A stretch of DNA of 64,000 nucleotides from an uncultured virus (IMG/VR IMGVR_UViG_3300031134_000641) (IMGVR_UViG_3300031134_000641), one strand, 5' to 3'; counted from the stretch's first letter, positions 39,191 through 47,674 are shown. The notes: generated by a model from the sequence alone, not told the origin. A program made the numbers and translations.

Positions 39191-39331
39191 GTGTCAAAAG
39201 AACACTCCGGCTATGGAAGTAGCTGGTGGTGGAAGAGTGCTGTTGGTGAAGCACAGTAGGCCAAGAGCCTACTCTCCCCTTCCAGGGAGGAAGCGTGGGT
39301 TCAATTCCCATTCACCGCGTTCGTTTGACAC
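39191..39331 (+). ncRNA. tRNA-like domain with extra arms, closed by an outer stem
   Basis: gtgtcaaa/tttgacac outer stem; four hairpins plus T-arm gtggg-ttcaatt-cccat. Confidence 0.6.
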
Positions 39332-39335
39332 ACTT

Positions 39336-39408
39336 GGCCCCATCGTATAGCGGCCTATTACGTCGCCCTCTCACGGCGGTAACACGGGTTCGAATCCCGT
39401 TGGGGTCA
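39336..39408 (+). tRNA. tRNA-Glu(CTC)
   Basis: tcgcc-ctCTCac-ggcgg. Confidence 0.95.
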
Positions 39409-39566
39409 CAAAGGAAGACAACATGTTTCCTGAAGTGATATGTATCAAAATGCAGGAAAGCCTTTCATGAATGTAACGCGGTGAGGCCACGTGCGACTGT
39501 GGGGTTTGGTTGCACACAAAATTATCAGAGCAGGTTGAACTTAACAGTTCAGCTTGCTCTGATTCT

Positions 39567-39639
39567 GGGGACTTAGCTCAATTGGTAGAGCATCTGCTTT
39601 GCAAGCAGAAGGTCAGGGGTTCGATTCCCCTAGTCTCCA
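39567..39639 (+). tRNA. tRNA-Ala(TGC)
   Basis: tctgc-ttTGCaa-gcaga. Confidence 0.95.
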
Positions 39640-39679
39640 CAGAAAATAACAAAGAAGCAGACATGTTTCGTTCTTTTCT

Positions 39680-39853
39680 CATGTAAATAACTAATGTATG
39701 GTGGAATTGGCATACACGGCAGACTAGAGCTAAAGCGTTCAACCGATGGGTTGGGTGTCATGCTCGGAATCTGCCGCCCTAAGGTATGCGAGTGGAAACG
39801 CTTACTACTGAACGGCACGCAGGTTCGAATCCTGTTACACGAAAGTTTACATG
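39680..39853 (+). ncRNA. Leu-type tRNA-derived RNA with hairpin replacing the anticodon and giant variable arm
   Basis: D-arm gtggaattggcatacac; gcaga-ct[~40 nt]aa-tctgc; T-arm gcagg-ttcgaat-cctgt; outer stem catgtaaa/tttacatg. Confidence 0.7.
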
Positions 39854-39858
39854 CGTTT

Positions 39859-39931
39859 GGGGACTTAGCTCAATTGGTAGAGCATCAGTTTTGCATACTG
39901 AAGGTCAGGGGTTCGATTCCCCTAGTCTCCA
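39859..39931 (+). tRNA. tRNA-Ala(TGC)
   Basis: tcagt-ttTGCat-actga. Confidence 0.95.
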
Positions 39932-40113
39932 CAATGTTATCTGAGGTAACTTAGGTGACAGAGTTTTTGGTGTTATGTGTGGTGTAAGAGAATTATGCAC
40001 ACCCTACTAATTTTGTGGGGAGGGCCGCGCTTCAACTCAGTGTAGTAAATATGACAACAAAAACGGTTAGAGCTTTTAAGGTTAGCGTCAGTTCGGCTGA
40101 GGGAAACCTGTAT

Positions 40114-40196
40114 GGTGGTTATGGCGTAATTGGTAGCCGCGCTGGATTGTGATTCCAGTGTCTTCGGACGTGCGGGTTCAAGTCCCGTTAATCACC
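40114..40196 (+). tRNA. tRNA-His(GTG) with G-1 and class II-like variable arm
   Basis: ctgga-ttGTGat-tccag; variable arm tgtc-ttcg-gacg. Confidence 0.8.
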
Positions 40197-40333
40197 CGAG
40201 ATGCTGCTGGTGCCTCTCCTGTCTTGAACAGTGAAGCTAAAGCAGCAGCCTTCTGTTGGCTTCTCCCGGCTTGAACGGTGTCAGCTGACAGAAGGTTTTT
40301 ATATGATGGTTAGAGGTTCAATTCCTCTGAGGC

Positions 40334-40418
40334 TAGCATCACAAACCCATGATAATGGTGTTAGCTGAAGTCGTGGAGGCGCTGAGGTTCAAACCCTCAA
40401 CACAGTGTGGGTGTGCTA
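40334..40418 (+). ncRNA. Y-RNA-like (D-loop plus T-arm on a long stem) RNA candidate
   Basis: tagca..accca..gtgt / acac..tgggt-gtgcta; T-arm tgagg-ttcaaac-cctca; no anticodon arm. Confidence 0.45.
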
Positions 40419-40485
40419 CGGTAAGGCAATAGGTTCGCGCAACCGCCAGCTGATTTCCCGGTTACAGTCAAAAAACCAGGGACCT

Positions 40486-40557
40486 GCCCTCATAGCTCAA
40501 TAGGTAGAGCGGTGCATTGAAGACGCATATATCTCGGTTCAATTCCGGGTGTGGGCA
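40486..40557 (+). tRNA. tRNA-Phe(GAA), atypical
   Basis: gtgca-ttGAAga-cgcat with mismatches. Confidence 0.65.
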
Positions 40558-40716
40558 CGCTATTCCCCCAGCCGCACAGTATCAGGTGGGTTGATAAATA
40601 GGGGTTTGCTGTAAAAGTGACAACAAGAAATTTGTTTCCCTTTTGCGGATTATTATAGGGAAGGTGGAATCTGGTTTCACCACATAGGCGGTTGGAAGGT
40701 TCCGCATATGAGTTTT

Positions 40717-40790
40717 GGCTGGGTAGCTCAGTCTGGTAGAGCGCTGCACTGAAAATGCAGAGGTCCACGGATCAACGCCGTGTCCAGCCA
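40717..40790 (+). tRNA. tRNA-Phe(GAA), T-loop ATCAACG
   Basis: ctgca-ctGAAaa-tgcag. Confidence 0.85.
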
Positions 40791-40867
40791 CAACATAATT
40801 TAATATGAACACCCTGAGCCGCTTAGGTCTCCCATTTATTGGGTTAGGTTTTATACCCTCAGGTTAT

Positions 40868-40951
40868 GCTTGTGTGGCGGAATTGGTAGACGCGCTAGAC
40901 TAAGGATCTAGTTCCCGTAAGGGAGTGGGAGTTCGACTCTCCCCATGAGCA
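40868..40951 (+). tRNA. tRNA-Leu(AAG)
   Basis: ctaga-ctAAGga-tctag; Leu D-arm and variable arm. Confidence 0.9.
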
Positions 40952-40985
40952 CTCATCCTTGACAGTTATATGGTTAAACTGTTAT

Positions 40986-41072
40986 GCACGTGTGGCGGAA
41001 TGGTAGACGCGCAGCGTTGAGGTCGCTGTGAGATTTTCTCTCGTGCTGGTTCGACTCCAGTCATGTGCACCA
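40986..41072 (+). tRNA. tRNA-Leu(GAG)
   Basis: cagcg-ttGAGgt-cgctg; CCA. Confidence 0.95.
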
Positions 41073-41217
41073 AGTTTTCTGTTAGTTTCTTTTAAAAACT
41101 GACCACGTTATCAATGGCAGACGTGTGGGAACAATTTTGTAAAGTTCATGAGCTTTACAGAAAACATTTCCAAAAACCGCAATAAGTTTAAGCGCTTGAA
41201 CTTATTATTGGTAGCTT

Positions 41218-41287
41218 TTTTCTCTTGAATAATGGCAGTTCGGCTCCCGTGGAGGGGGCAGGTGTAGGTTCGAATCCTACGAGAAAT
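41218..41287 (+). pseudogene. tRNA-like sequence with non-canonical anticodon loop (cgTGGag)
   Basis: D-arm gaat/gttc; gctcc/ggggc; T-arm gtagg-ttcgaat-cctac; G at position 33. Confidence 0.55.
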
Positions 41288-41289
41288 AC

Positions 41290-41364
41290 GCCTTGTTAGC
41301 TCAGCCTGGCTAGAGCGCCATCTTGGTATGATGGAGGTCGTCGGTTCAAGTCCGACACGAGGCT
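41290..41364 (+). tRNA. tRNA-Thr(GGT)
   Basis: ccatc-ttGGTat-gatgg. Confidence 0.95.
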
Positions 41365-41529
41365 CCGTGCTGTTCGGTAGGTGCTACTACAACCTATTGA
41401 GCTTAGTCCACTCATGTTCCCTACGCTGGGATACGGGTGGATAATTTTGGGGTCTGCTCCCATAAGAAAGCCTAGTGTGGTTATTCTGTTGTAGTAGACA
41501 GAGTACCGTGTGTCCACATATTTTACCTT

Positions 41530-41654
41530 ATTCTCAGGTAGTTGGCTTAGAAGCAGCCATCTTTAAAGAGTGACGGCAGTATCAGGAGCCGGGGTTTGTA
41601 CCTGCCCCACACGCTTTTTAGTGTGGTCTTTGGCGTAATAGCACACCCGTGAAT
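41530..41654 (+). ncRNA. 23S rRNA GTPase-associated centre (H43-H44, L11 site) mimic RNA with ~60-nt insertion
   Basis: GTTGGCTTAGAAGCAGCCATC-TTTAAAGAGTG ... GCGTAATAGC-ACAC reproduces the conserved 23S ~1059-1104 core. Confidence 0.8.
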
Positions 41655-41670
41655 TTTGTAAATATGTTTT

Positions 41671-41757
41671 GGAAGCGTGTCCGAGAGGCTTATGGTGTAA
41701 CCTTGGAAAGGTTATGTGGCGTCAAAACCACCGCAGGTTCGAATCCTGTCGCTTCCG
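41671..41757 (+). tRNA. tRNA-Ser(GGA)
   Basis: taacc-ttGGAaa-ggtta. Confidence 0.95.
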
Positions 41758-41782
41758 CGTTAACTTGCTTAGCAGGGGACTT

Positions 41783-41924
41783 GTCGTGTTGATAGAGTCA
41801 GGTTCAATATTGCGGTGGAGGATACCTTCTTTGAGGGATAAGCCAAACCCGCGTAGTAGCGAACACCCGGCGAAAGCTGGGAGTAGTGTTCAGCTGCGCA
41901 CAGGTTCAAATCCTGTACACGGCC
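41783..41924 (+). ncRNA. Ser/Leu-type tRNA-derived RNA with hairpin-replaced anticodon and giant variable arm
   Basis: gtcgtgt/acacggc acceptor; gcgg/ccgc around a ~33 nt insert; gaacac-ccggc-gaaa-gctgg..gtgttc; T-arm acagg-ttcaaat-cctgt. Confidence 0.7.
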
Positions 41925-41986
41925 CTTATTCAAGTTTTTTGGTTCTAAGTTGCGGAAGTACTTGTTTGTAGTGTATAGTAGTTCTT

Positions 41987-42063
41987 GCCCCTTTAGCTTA
42001 GCAGGTTAGAGCACCCCGCTCATAACGGGTCGGTCGTCGGTTCAAGTCCGACAAGGGGCACCA
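41987..42063 (+). tRNA. tRNA(CAT), likely Ile2 or elongator Met
   Basis: ccccg-ctCATaa-cgggt; CCA. Confidence 0.85.
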
Positions 42064-42092
42064 ATTACTTTCTGGCAGGTTAGCCTGCTTTT

Positions 42093-42176
42093 GCTCTTGT
42101 GGCGGAATTGGCAGACGCGGTTGACTTAAAATCAATTGTCCTTACGGGCGTGTGGGTTCGAGTCCCATCAGGAGTA
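42093..42176 (+). tRNA. tRNA-Leu(TAA)
   Basis: gttga-ctTAAaa-tcaat. Confidence 0.95.
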
Positions 42177-42209
42177 CGGTAACAAAGGTAGGCTCTTCGG
42201 AGTTTATAG

Positions 42210-42285
42210 TGACTGGTAGTTTAACTGGTAAAACGCAAGGCCGTTTTTTACGCCTTGTTTTTAGGTTCAAGTCCTGAACGGTCAG
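42210..42285 (+). ncRNA. tRNA-like RNA with enlarged anticodon loop
   Basis: caaggc-cgttttttac-gccttg; normal D- and T-arms. Confidence 0.6.
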
Positions 42286-42425
42286 CAAAAGGTTTTGATA
42301 CGTTAACCTTGTGTCAGCAAAAAACGTTAGTGGTTGTCCGGCGTTCAGGTTTAGTTGCAAAGCTAGGCGGTGTTCATTGGCTTCCATGATTTCCTATGCA
42401 GGACTGTACAACCTGTTAGGAGTAT

Positions 42426-42495
42426 TCTTTAGTTGAAGCTATGCGGTAGCAAAACACGAACGTGTTCATTCCTGGTTCGAATCCGGGCTAAAGAG
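42426..42495 (+). ncRNA. Anticodon-less tRNA-like RNA (tetraloop arm)
   Basis: tctttag/ctaaaga; aacac-gaac-gtgtt; cctgg-ttcgaat-ccggg. Confidence 0.6.
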
Positions 42496-42613
42496 CTTGT
42501 TAGACAACGAATCTGTCACACAGCGAAAGGCAGCACCTGCCACTACCAGGAGGGTAAGGAGGGGATATTAATCCGCTGTTCGTCTAATAGTTTTTAAACT
42601 GCTTTTGTAGTTT

Positions 42614-42686
42614 GCCTTCTTAGCTCAGTTGGTAGAGCGCATTACTCGTAATAATGAGGTCACCGGTTCGATTCCGGTAGGAGGCT
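42614..42686 (+). tRNA. tRNA-Thr(CGT)
   Basis: catta-ctCGTaa-taatg. Confidence 0.95.
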
Positions 42687-42817
42687 CAGAGGCTCTGTAA
42701 GGAGTCCGAACGCGTTACCCTACAGGTAGACGTTCAAAGCTAAAAAGTGCGTTAAAATGGATTCTGGAGGGGATGAGAGTGGTTTACAAGCAATCTAGTA
42801 GCCGACAGGATTTTAAC

Positions 42818-43162
42818 ATGGGCCGTACACGAGATTATTCGCGGAAACACTACGGTGGCGACGAGCCTCTGGCCCAGTGGGAGCAGGAGCTTCTTATCGC
42901 AGGAGACTCTAACGTGAAGAAATATCTTAACCCTTCTCGTGAAGAGCTAATCAAAGTTATTTGTGAAGCTTTAGCGTACAAAGGAGAATGGTATCACTCT
43001 CAACTTGTCCTACCAGTTTATGCTGACTTCGGTAGCTTAGAAGATAAAGCAGCTGAATTAGGCCCAGGCTATGGTATTCACATAATTCATAGTTACGAGG
43101 AACAAATTCAGCAACCTAAAAAAGGTTATAACCAGAGGGAGACAAATAGAAATGTCATCTGA
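42818..43162 (+). CDS. Hypothetical protein (paralog of next gene)
   Basis: YKGEWYHSQL..GSLEDKAAELG. Confidence 0.65.
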   Translation: MGRTRDYSRKHYGGDEPLAQWEQELLIAGDSNVKKYLNPSREELIKVICEALAYKGEWYHSQLVLPVYADFGSLEDKAAELGPGYGIHIIHSYEEQIQQPKKGYNQRETNRNVI

Positions 43163-43538
43163 AAACAAAAGGCGCGTGTACACTTGTACTCCAGACCATG
43201 AATGTACTCTTGAAGAAATTAGGGATATGATACATGAAAGCCGTAGAATTGATGCAGATGCTTCTGTAGAAGATTTTGGTGAAGCTAGCCAAGAAGACTT
43301 GGCTAAGATAATCCGTAAAGCCCAGCTTTACACTGGCGAGTGGTATCACTCTAAAGCAACGATTTCAAGTCAGTTGGCTAAGACACCTGGAACTTTAGAG
43401 CATCAGGTTGCTCAGCTTGGTGAAGAAAATGGTATTAGCTTGTCCTTCTTTATGGACAGAAGGTTCATGGACAGCAAAGAAACTGCTGAGTATGACGCTC
43501 TGGAAGATAAGTTAGAAAAAATGTTTCAAAAATCTTGA
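43152..43538 (+). CDS. Hypothetical protein (paralog of previous gene)
   Basis: YTGEWYHSKA..GTLEHQVAQLG. Confidence 0.65.
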   Translation: MSSENKRRVYTCTPDHECTLEEIRDMIHESRRIDADASVEDFGEASQEDLAKIIRKAQLYTGEWYHSKATISSQLAKTPGTLEHQVAQLGEENGISLSFFMDRRFMDSKETAEYDALEDKLEKMFQKS

Positions 43539-43617
43539 CTTTGTTGCCGATAGTATGCTATACTAATTATGTTGGCGCAGTTGTTAGCTATATAAAGTCA
43601 ACACAGTAACACAGTTA

Positions 43618-43690
43618 GGCCCCATCGTTTAGCGGCCAAGGACGCTAGGCTTTCATCCTAGTAGCACGGGTTCGAATCCCGTTGGGGTCA
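43618..43690 (+). tRNA. tRNA-Glu(TTC)
   Basis: ctagg-ctTTCat-cctag. Confidence 0.95.
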
Positions 43691-43724
43691 CTTGGAAGAA
43701 ACAAAGTTGTTTCATTCCCATCGA

Positions 43725-43801
43725 CGCGGAGTGGGGAAGTTCGGTATCCCGCTAGGCTCATAACCTAGAGGTCGCAGGTTCAAATCCTGCCTCCGCAACC
43801 A
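43725..43801 (+). tRNA. tRNA-fMet-like (CAT)
   Basis: C1:A72 mismatch; ctagg-ctCATaa-cctag; CCA. Confidence 0.9.
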
Positions 43802-43822
43802 TGTTAGCCAAGAACACAAACT

Positions 43823-43894
43823 TGGTAGGTATATAGTGTATTAGAGCACGCCATCGTGAGATGGAAGCGAAAACTGCGAATGTTTTCTTTACCA
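43823..43894 (+). ncRNA. Anticodon-less tRNA-like RNA (GNRA-capped arm)
   Basis: gtgt-attaga-gcac; ccatc-gtga-gatgg; gaaaac-tgcgaat-gttttc. Confidence 0.55.
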
Positions 43895-43895
43895 C

Positions 43896-43973
43896 TGCGG
43901 AGTAACTGGAGTTCGGTCCCAGTCCAGGCTCATAACCTGGCGTACGTCAGTTCAAATCTGACCTCCGCTTCCA
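43896..43973 (+). tRNA. tRNA-fMet-like (CAT), atypical D-arm
   Basis: U1:U72 mismatch; ccagg-ctCATaa-cctgg; CCA. Confidence 0.8.
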
Positions 43974-44000
43974 CTTCATTAAGGTAACTTAATGATTTTT

Positions 44001-44078
44001 GGCCCGTTAGCTTAGTCGGCTTAAAGCGCCACCCTGTCACGGTGGAGATCGCCGGTTCGAATCCGGTACGGGTCGCCA
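44001..44078 (+). tRNA. tRNA-Asp(GTC)
   Basis: ccacc-ctGTCac-ggtgg; CCA. Confidence 0.95.
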
Positions 44079-44357
44079 AACCCATAAAGCGTTACTGTAG
44101 CGAACATGTCAACTACGGTAACGCTTTTTCTTGAAATACCCTTTCGTTTTTGTTTTGAATACGATAAAGTTGTTTTCTGCATTTGTTTGCAGGATGTGAA
44201 GTCATTCGGCCATGGATTCACGTTTGTGTGGGCTGAAAACATAAAGTTTAAGCCCACACAAAACTTTTCTGGTAAATAGTTTGACTTTCTTCCGATAGTC
44301 TGTTATAGTATAAGTAGTGACAAAGTAACAACAGCAATAAAACTAAATAGTTTCAAT

Positions 44358-44431
44358 GGCCCGTTAGCTCAGTTGGTTAGAGCGCCACCCTGTCACGGTG
44401 GAGGTCGCCGGTTCGAGTCCGGTACGGGTCG
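44358..44431 (+). tRNA. tRNA-Asp(GTC)
   Basis: ccacc-ctGTCac-ggtgg. Confidence 0.95.
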
Positions 44432-44445
44432 CGGTAACAAAATAT

Positions 44446-44519
44446 GGCGATGTGCCCGAGTAGCCAAGGGAACAGTCTGCAAAACTGTACAATCGCGGGT
44501 GCAAGTCCCGTCGTCGCCT
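44446..44519 (+). tRNA. tRNA-Cys(GCA)
   Basis: acagt-ctGCAaa-actgt; U73. Confidence 0.9.
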
Positions 44520-44543
44520 CAAATACAACTGAATATAAACTAT

Positions 44544-44618
44544 GCCGGTGTAGCTCATGATGGTCAGAGCGTCGCACTCATAACGCGGAGGTAGTGGGTT
44601 CGGCTCCCACCACCGGTA
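44544..44618 (+). tRNA. tRNA-Met(CAT)
   Basis: tcgca-ctCATaa-cgcgg. Confidence 0.8.
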
Positions 44619-44641
44619 CAGATAACACAAGTAACACCCAT

Positions 44642-44713
44642 TGGGGTATGGTGTAATTGGCAACACGAGTGATTCTGGTTCATTTGTTCTTGGTTCGAGT
44701 CCAGGTACCCCAG
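44642..44713 (+). tRNA. tRNA-Gln(CTG)
   Basis: agtga-ttCTGgt-tcatt. Confidence 0.95.
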
Positions 44714-44720
44714 CAGATAT

Positions 44721-44797
44721 GCTGCTATAGCTTAGCTTGGTAGAGCGCTATCCTGACACGATAGAGGTCGCAGGTTCAAATCCTGCTAGCAGCACCA
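44721..44797 (+). tRNA. tRNA-Val(GAC)
   Basis: ctatc-ctGACac-gatag; CCA. Confidence 0.95.
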
Positions 44798-44870
44798 AAC
44801 AGAAAACAGTGAACTTATTTGTTCGCTGTTTTCTGTTTTGAGGTACAATAAAATAAGTAACACATGCTAT

Positions 44871-44954
44871 GCTCTTGTGGCGGAATTGGTAGACGCGCTT
44901 GACTCAAAATCAAGTGCCCTTACGGGCGTGTGGGTTCGAGTCCCACCAGGAGTA
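44871..44954 (+). tRNA. tRNA-Leu(CAA)
   Basis: cttga-ctCAAaa-tcaag. Confidence 0.95.
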
Positions 44955-45009
44955 CACAATGACAAAAACAAACATGCAAAAAGTGAGAAAAAAGTAAACA
45001 CTTTACCAG

Positions 45010-45507
45010 GTGACAAAATTTGAAGTTTGGGTTCACCCTCCCTTTGAAGACAATGTCATACATCAAGCCCTCATATTCACAGAGTCAAGCGACCAAGAGT
45101 GGCTTCTCAGTGTAGAGGACGCTGGTATAAGTCAAATGATACCTGAAAGGGAACTCTCCGGGCTTTCTTTTCTCCTGCAAGAAGGTCTCAAAGACTACCA
45201 GGAGCCAACAGATGAAGCTCTCTATGAAGCTGACTCTTGGGCACCTTATGCGACTCGCCTTCCAGGTGTCCGCACCAAAGACGTGTCTGACAGTAAAGTG
45301 TACGAGGTCAACATTCCATGGCCTGAAGAGAAAAGTATAATAGTAGGACAAGAAACTTTTAACCAGATGAGGCTGTATCAGGTCGGAGGAGAATGGTTCC
45401 TGAAATTCCCCTACGGTCCTAAGACACTTCATTTGGAGTATAACGCTCTACCTATGTTGTCTAAGATGGTCACAAAAGTTTTGAAGCACGTTAACAAAAA
45501 CAGTTGA
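45010..45507 (+). CDS. Hypothetical protein
   Basis: 165 aa ORF, possibly two internal repeats. Confidence 0.55.
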   Translation: MTKFEVWVHPPFEDNVIHQALIFTESSDQEWLLSVEDAGISQMIPERELSGLSFLLQEGLKDYQEPTDEALYEADSWAPYATRLPGVRTKDVSDSKVYEVNIPWPEEKSIIVGQETFNQMRLYQVGGEWFLKFPYGPKTLHLEYNALPMLSKMVTKVLKHVNKNS

Positions 45508-45710
45508 GTTTGGCTGGTGAAGAGAGAAACTTCCCGTAAGATTACATGTATACGAAGCATGCCTCGTGTGTGTTGTAGATGTAGTTTCCTGTTGAATGTC
45601 TCCTCTGCTCTCACGGTGTTATCACAGTAAACTCCCCCAGGACGGAAACGTAGCAAGGGTAGCTGTGCTCTAGCAGGTGTGATGGGCAGAGGAGACTTTT
45701 TTGTGCTACA

Positions 45711-46256
45711 ATGGCTCATATGGATACAACCGAGCTTAGAAGCAAAGCCTACAATATTCTCTCTGATACTAGACAGCTGAAAAGTAAGACAGTAAGCATG
45801 CAGAAGATTTGTTCTCATGAGGGCATTAAGGTAATTGACAGCAAAAACTATGACCTTGAAGACTACAATACATTAGGTCGGGTTTCATACACTGGCAAGA
45901 TTTTCCAGATTGTAGTAAACAACACCCTTTCTCCAGTAGAACAAAGGGTGGAAGAAGCTGTACTCTATGCTTACGTTAAACTAAACGGTCACACTCTGGT
46001 AGACCGCTGGGCGAAAGAAAAACTCCCCAACGGAAGAGTTTGGGCTGCTCGTCACAAGCGTGACTCAGAAGAGTGGGAGAGATACACTCTGTTCGCGCAG
46101 TACATTCTCCTAGGATCTTTTATTGGTAAGGAACGCAAGATTGTACAAGATAAGAATGCTCTAAAGCACATACACAAATATGCACACCAGAAGAAAGTAT
46201 CAACAGAGTTCCTGGTGCAGTATCTGACTCGTGAAGCAGCTAAAAAAGTTAACTGA
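45711..46256 (+). CDS. ImmA/IrrE-like fold protein lacking HExxH
   Basis: ICSHEGIKV..IVVNNTLSPVEQR..FAQYILL. Confidence 0.45.
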   Translation: MAHMDTTELRSKAYNILSDTRQLKSKTVSMQKICSHEGIKVIDSKNYDLEDYNTLGRVSYTGKIFQIVVNNTLSPVEQRVEEAVLYAYVKLNGHTLVDRWAKEKLPNGRVWAARHKRDSEEWERYTLFAQYILLGSFIGKERKIVQDKNALKHIHKYAHQKKVSTEFLVQYLTREAAKKVN

Positions 46257-46341
46257 ACTAGCTAATTTAACTTATGCAGATAATCTCTACTGTGAGAATG
46301 AGCGGCATACTCACACAAACAGCAGAGGTATTACAATACAC

Positions 46342-47454
46342 ATGTCTTCAATAACAAAAAACGGCAAAAAAATGGGGCTGACGCTTCTCGCAGCGTCAGC
46401 TTTACTTCTTACAACAACAGTACCAGCATCAGCAGCAACGCCTAAGTTTACGTTAGCAAGCTTAACTGCTTCAGTAAACGGGACAACAGTGACAGCTTCA
46501 ACTACTGTCAAAGCATCAGCAGACACGAAAGTAACAACATTAGGTATATGCGCACGAAACTCAGCTAACGCTGACGTGGACTTTCCAGGTGTCTCAGGGG
46601 CAACAGTAAAAACAGCTGGAACAACGGTAACTAAAACGAAAACTTTACCAGTAGGTACATACAGTTACTTCGCATGTGTTAACTACAACAACACTTGGTA
46701 CAATGTCGGTTCAGCTAAAACATTCACAGTCAAACCAGCTACAGCAGCGTCAACAGCGTTGCCTGAAGGTAACCTACCAGGGTGGACACAGACCTTTAAA
46801 GAGGACTTCAACTCTCCACTCTCAGCTGGAGGATTCCCCGGCTCTTACTCAAACCAGTGGCTTAGCTACACAGGCTTCACCGACACGTTCAAAAACGGTG
46901 ACTACGACCAAAGTATCCTCTCCGTGAAAGACGGTAAACTTAACGCTTACCTCCACACTGGTGCTGACGGCAGACCAAAAACTGCTGCACCAGTTCCTCT
47001 GGTCAACGGTCAATGGGGCGGGCAACAGTATGGCCGCTTTAGCGTGAGAATGAGGACAGGCTCACTGCCTGGCTACAAAACAGCTTTCCTGCTTTGGTCA
47101 GATGAAAACAACTGGAATGATGGAGAAGTTGACTTCCCCGAAGGCCAACTCAACGGGACAGTTAACGGGTTCAACCATTGTGTTGGCAACCCCACACAGA
47201 ACTGTATGGTAGCTGAAACAGGTGCTAAATTCACTGACTGGCACACTTACACAATTGATTGGACCCCAAGTAAGCTGACATACTATGTTGACGGGGTAGC
47301 TGTTGGTTCAACAACTGAGTCCATCCCCACAGCTAAAATGCACTGGGTGATGCAGATTGAAACAGCTGACGGGATGGTTCCATCTAAAACAACGGCAGGT
47401 AACGTAGAAATAGATTGGGCAACAATCTATGCTTACACGCCCACAACAAAATAA
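46342..47454 (+). CDS. Secreted glycoside hydrolase family 16
   Basis: Signal peptide; catalytic GEVDFPEG; YGRFSVRM; WHTYTIDW. Confidence 0.9.
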   Translation: MSSITKNGKKMGLTLLAASALLLTTTVPASAATPKFTLASLTASVNGTTVTASTTVKASADTKVTTLGICARNSANADVDFPGVSGATVKTAGTTVTKTKTLPVGTYSYFACVNYNNTWYNVGSAKTFTVKPATAASTALPEGNLPGWTQTFKEDFNSPLSAGGFPGSYSNQWLSYTGFTDTFKNGDYDQSILSVKDGKLNAYLHTGADGRPKTAAPVPLVNGQWGGQQYGRFSVRMRTGSLPGYKTAFLLWSDENNWNDGEVDFPEGQLNGTVNGFNHCVGNPTQNCMVAETGAKFTDWHTYTIDWTPSKLTYYVDGVAVGSTTESIPTAKMHWVMQIETADGMVPSKTTAGNVEIDWATIYAYTPTTK

Positions 47455-47545
47455 GTCAAAGTTTTTTTAAAAAACGGTTTGACTTAAACCAACTGTTGTG
47501 TTATAGTAGTACTTGTAACAAAGTAATGCTATAACACAACAGTAA

Positions 47546-47618
47546 GGCCCCATCGTTTAGCGGCCAAGGACGCTAGGCTTTCATCCTAGTAGCACGGGTT
47601 CGAATCCCGTTGGGGTCA
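47546..47618 (+). tRNA. tRNA-Glu(TTC), identical to the copy at 43618
   Basis: ctagg-ctTTCat-cctag. Confidence 0.95.
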
Positions 47619-47674
47619 CGCAACAAAAATAAAGTGGACATACCGATAAAAGTATGGTACACTAGAAATAACAT

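Noticed and set aside
41530..41654. A true rRNA gene
   Set aside because: Only ~45 nt match 23S, split by an insert, with no flanking rRNA sequence; reported as a mimic instead
45429..45818. Minus-strand 129 aa ORF
   Set aside because: It overlaps both flanking plus-strand genes and shows no recognisable motif
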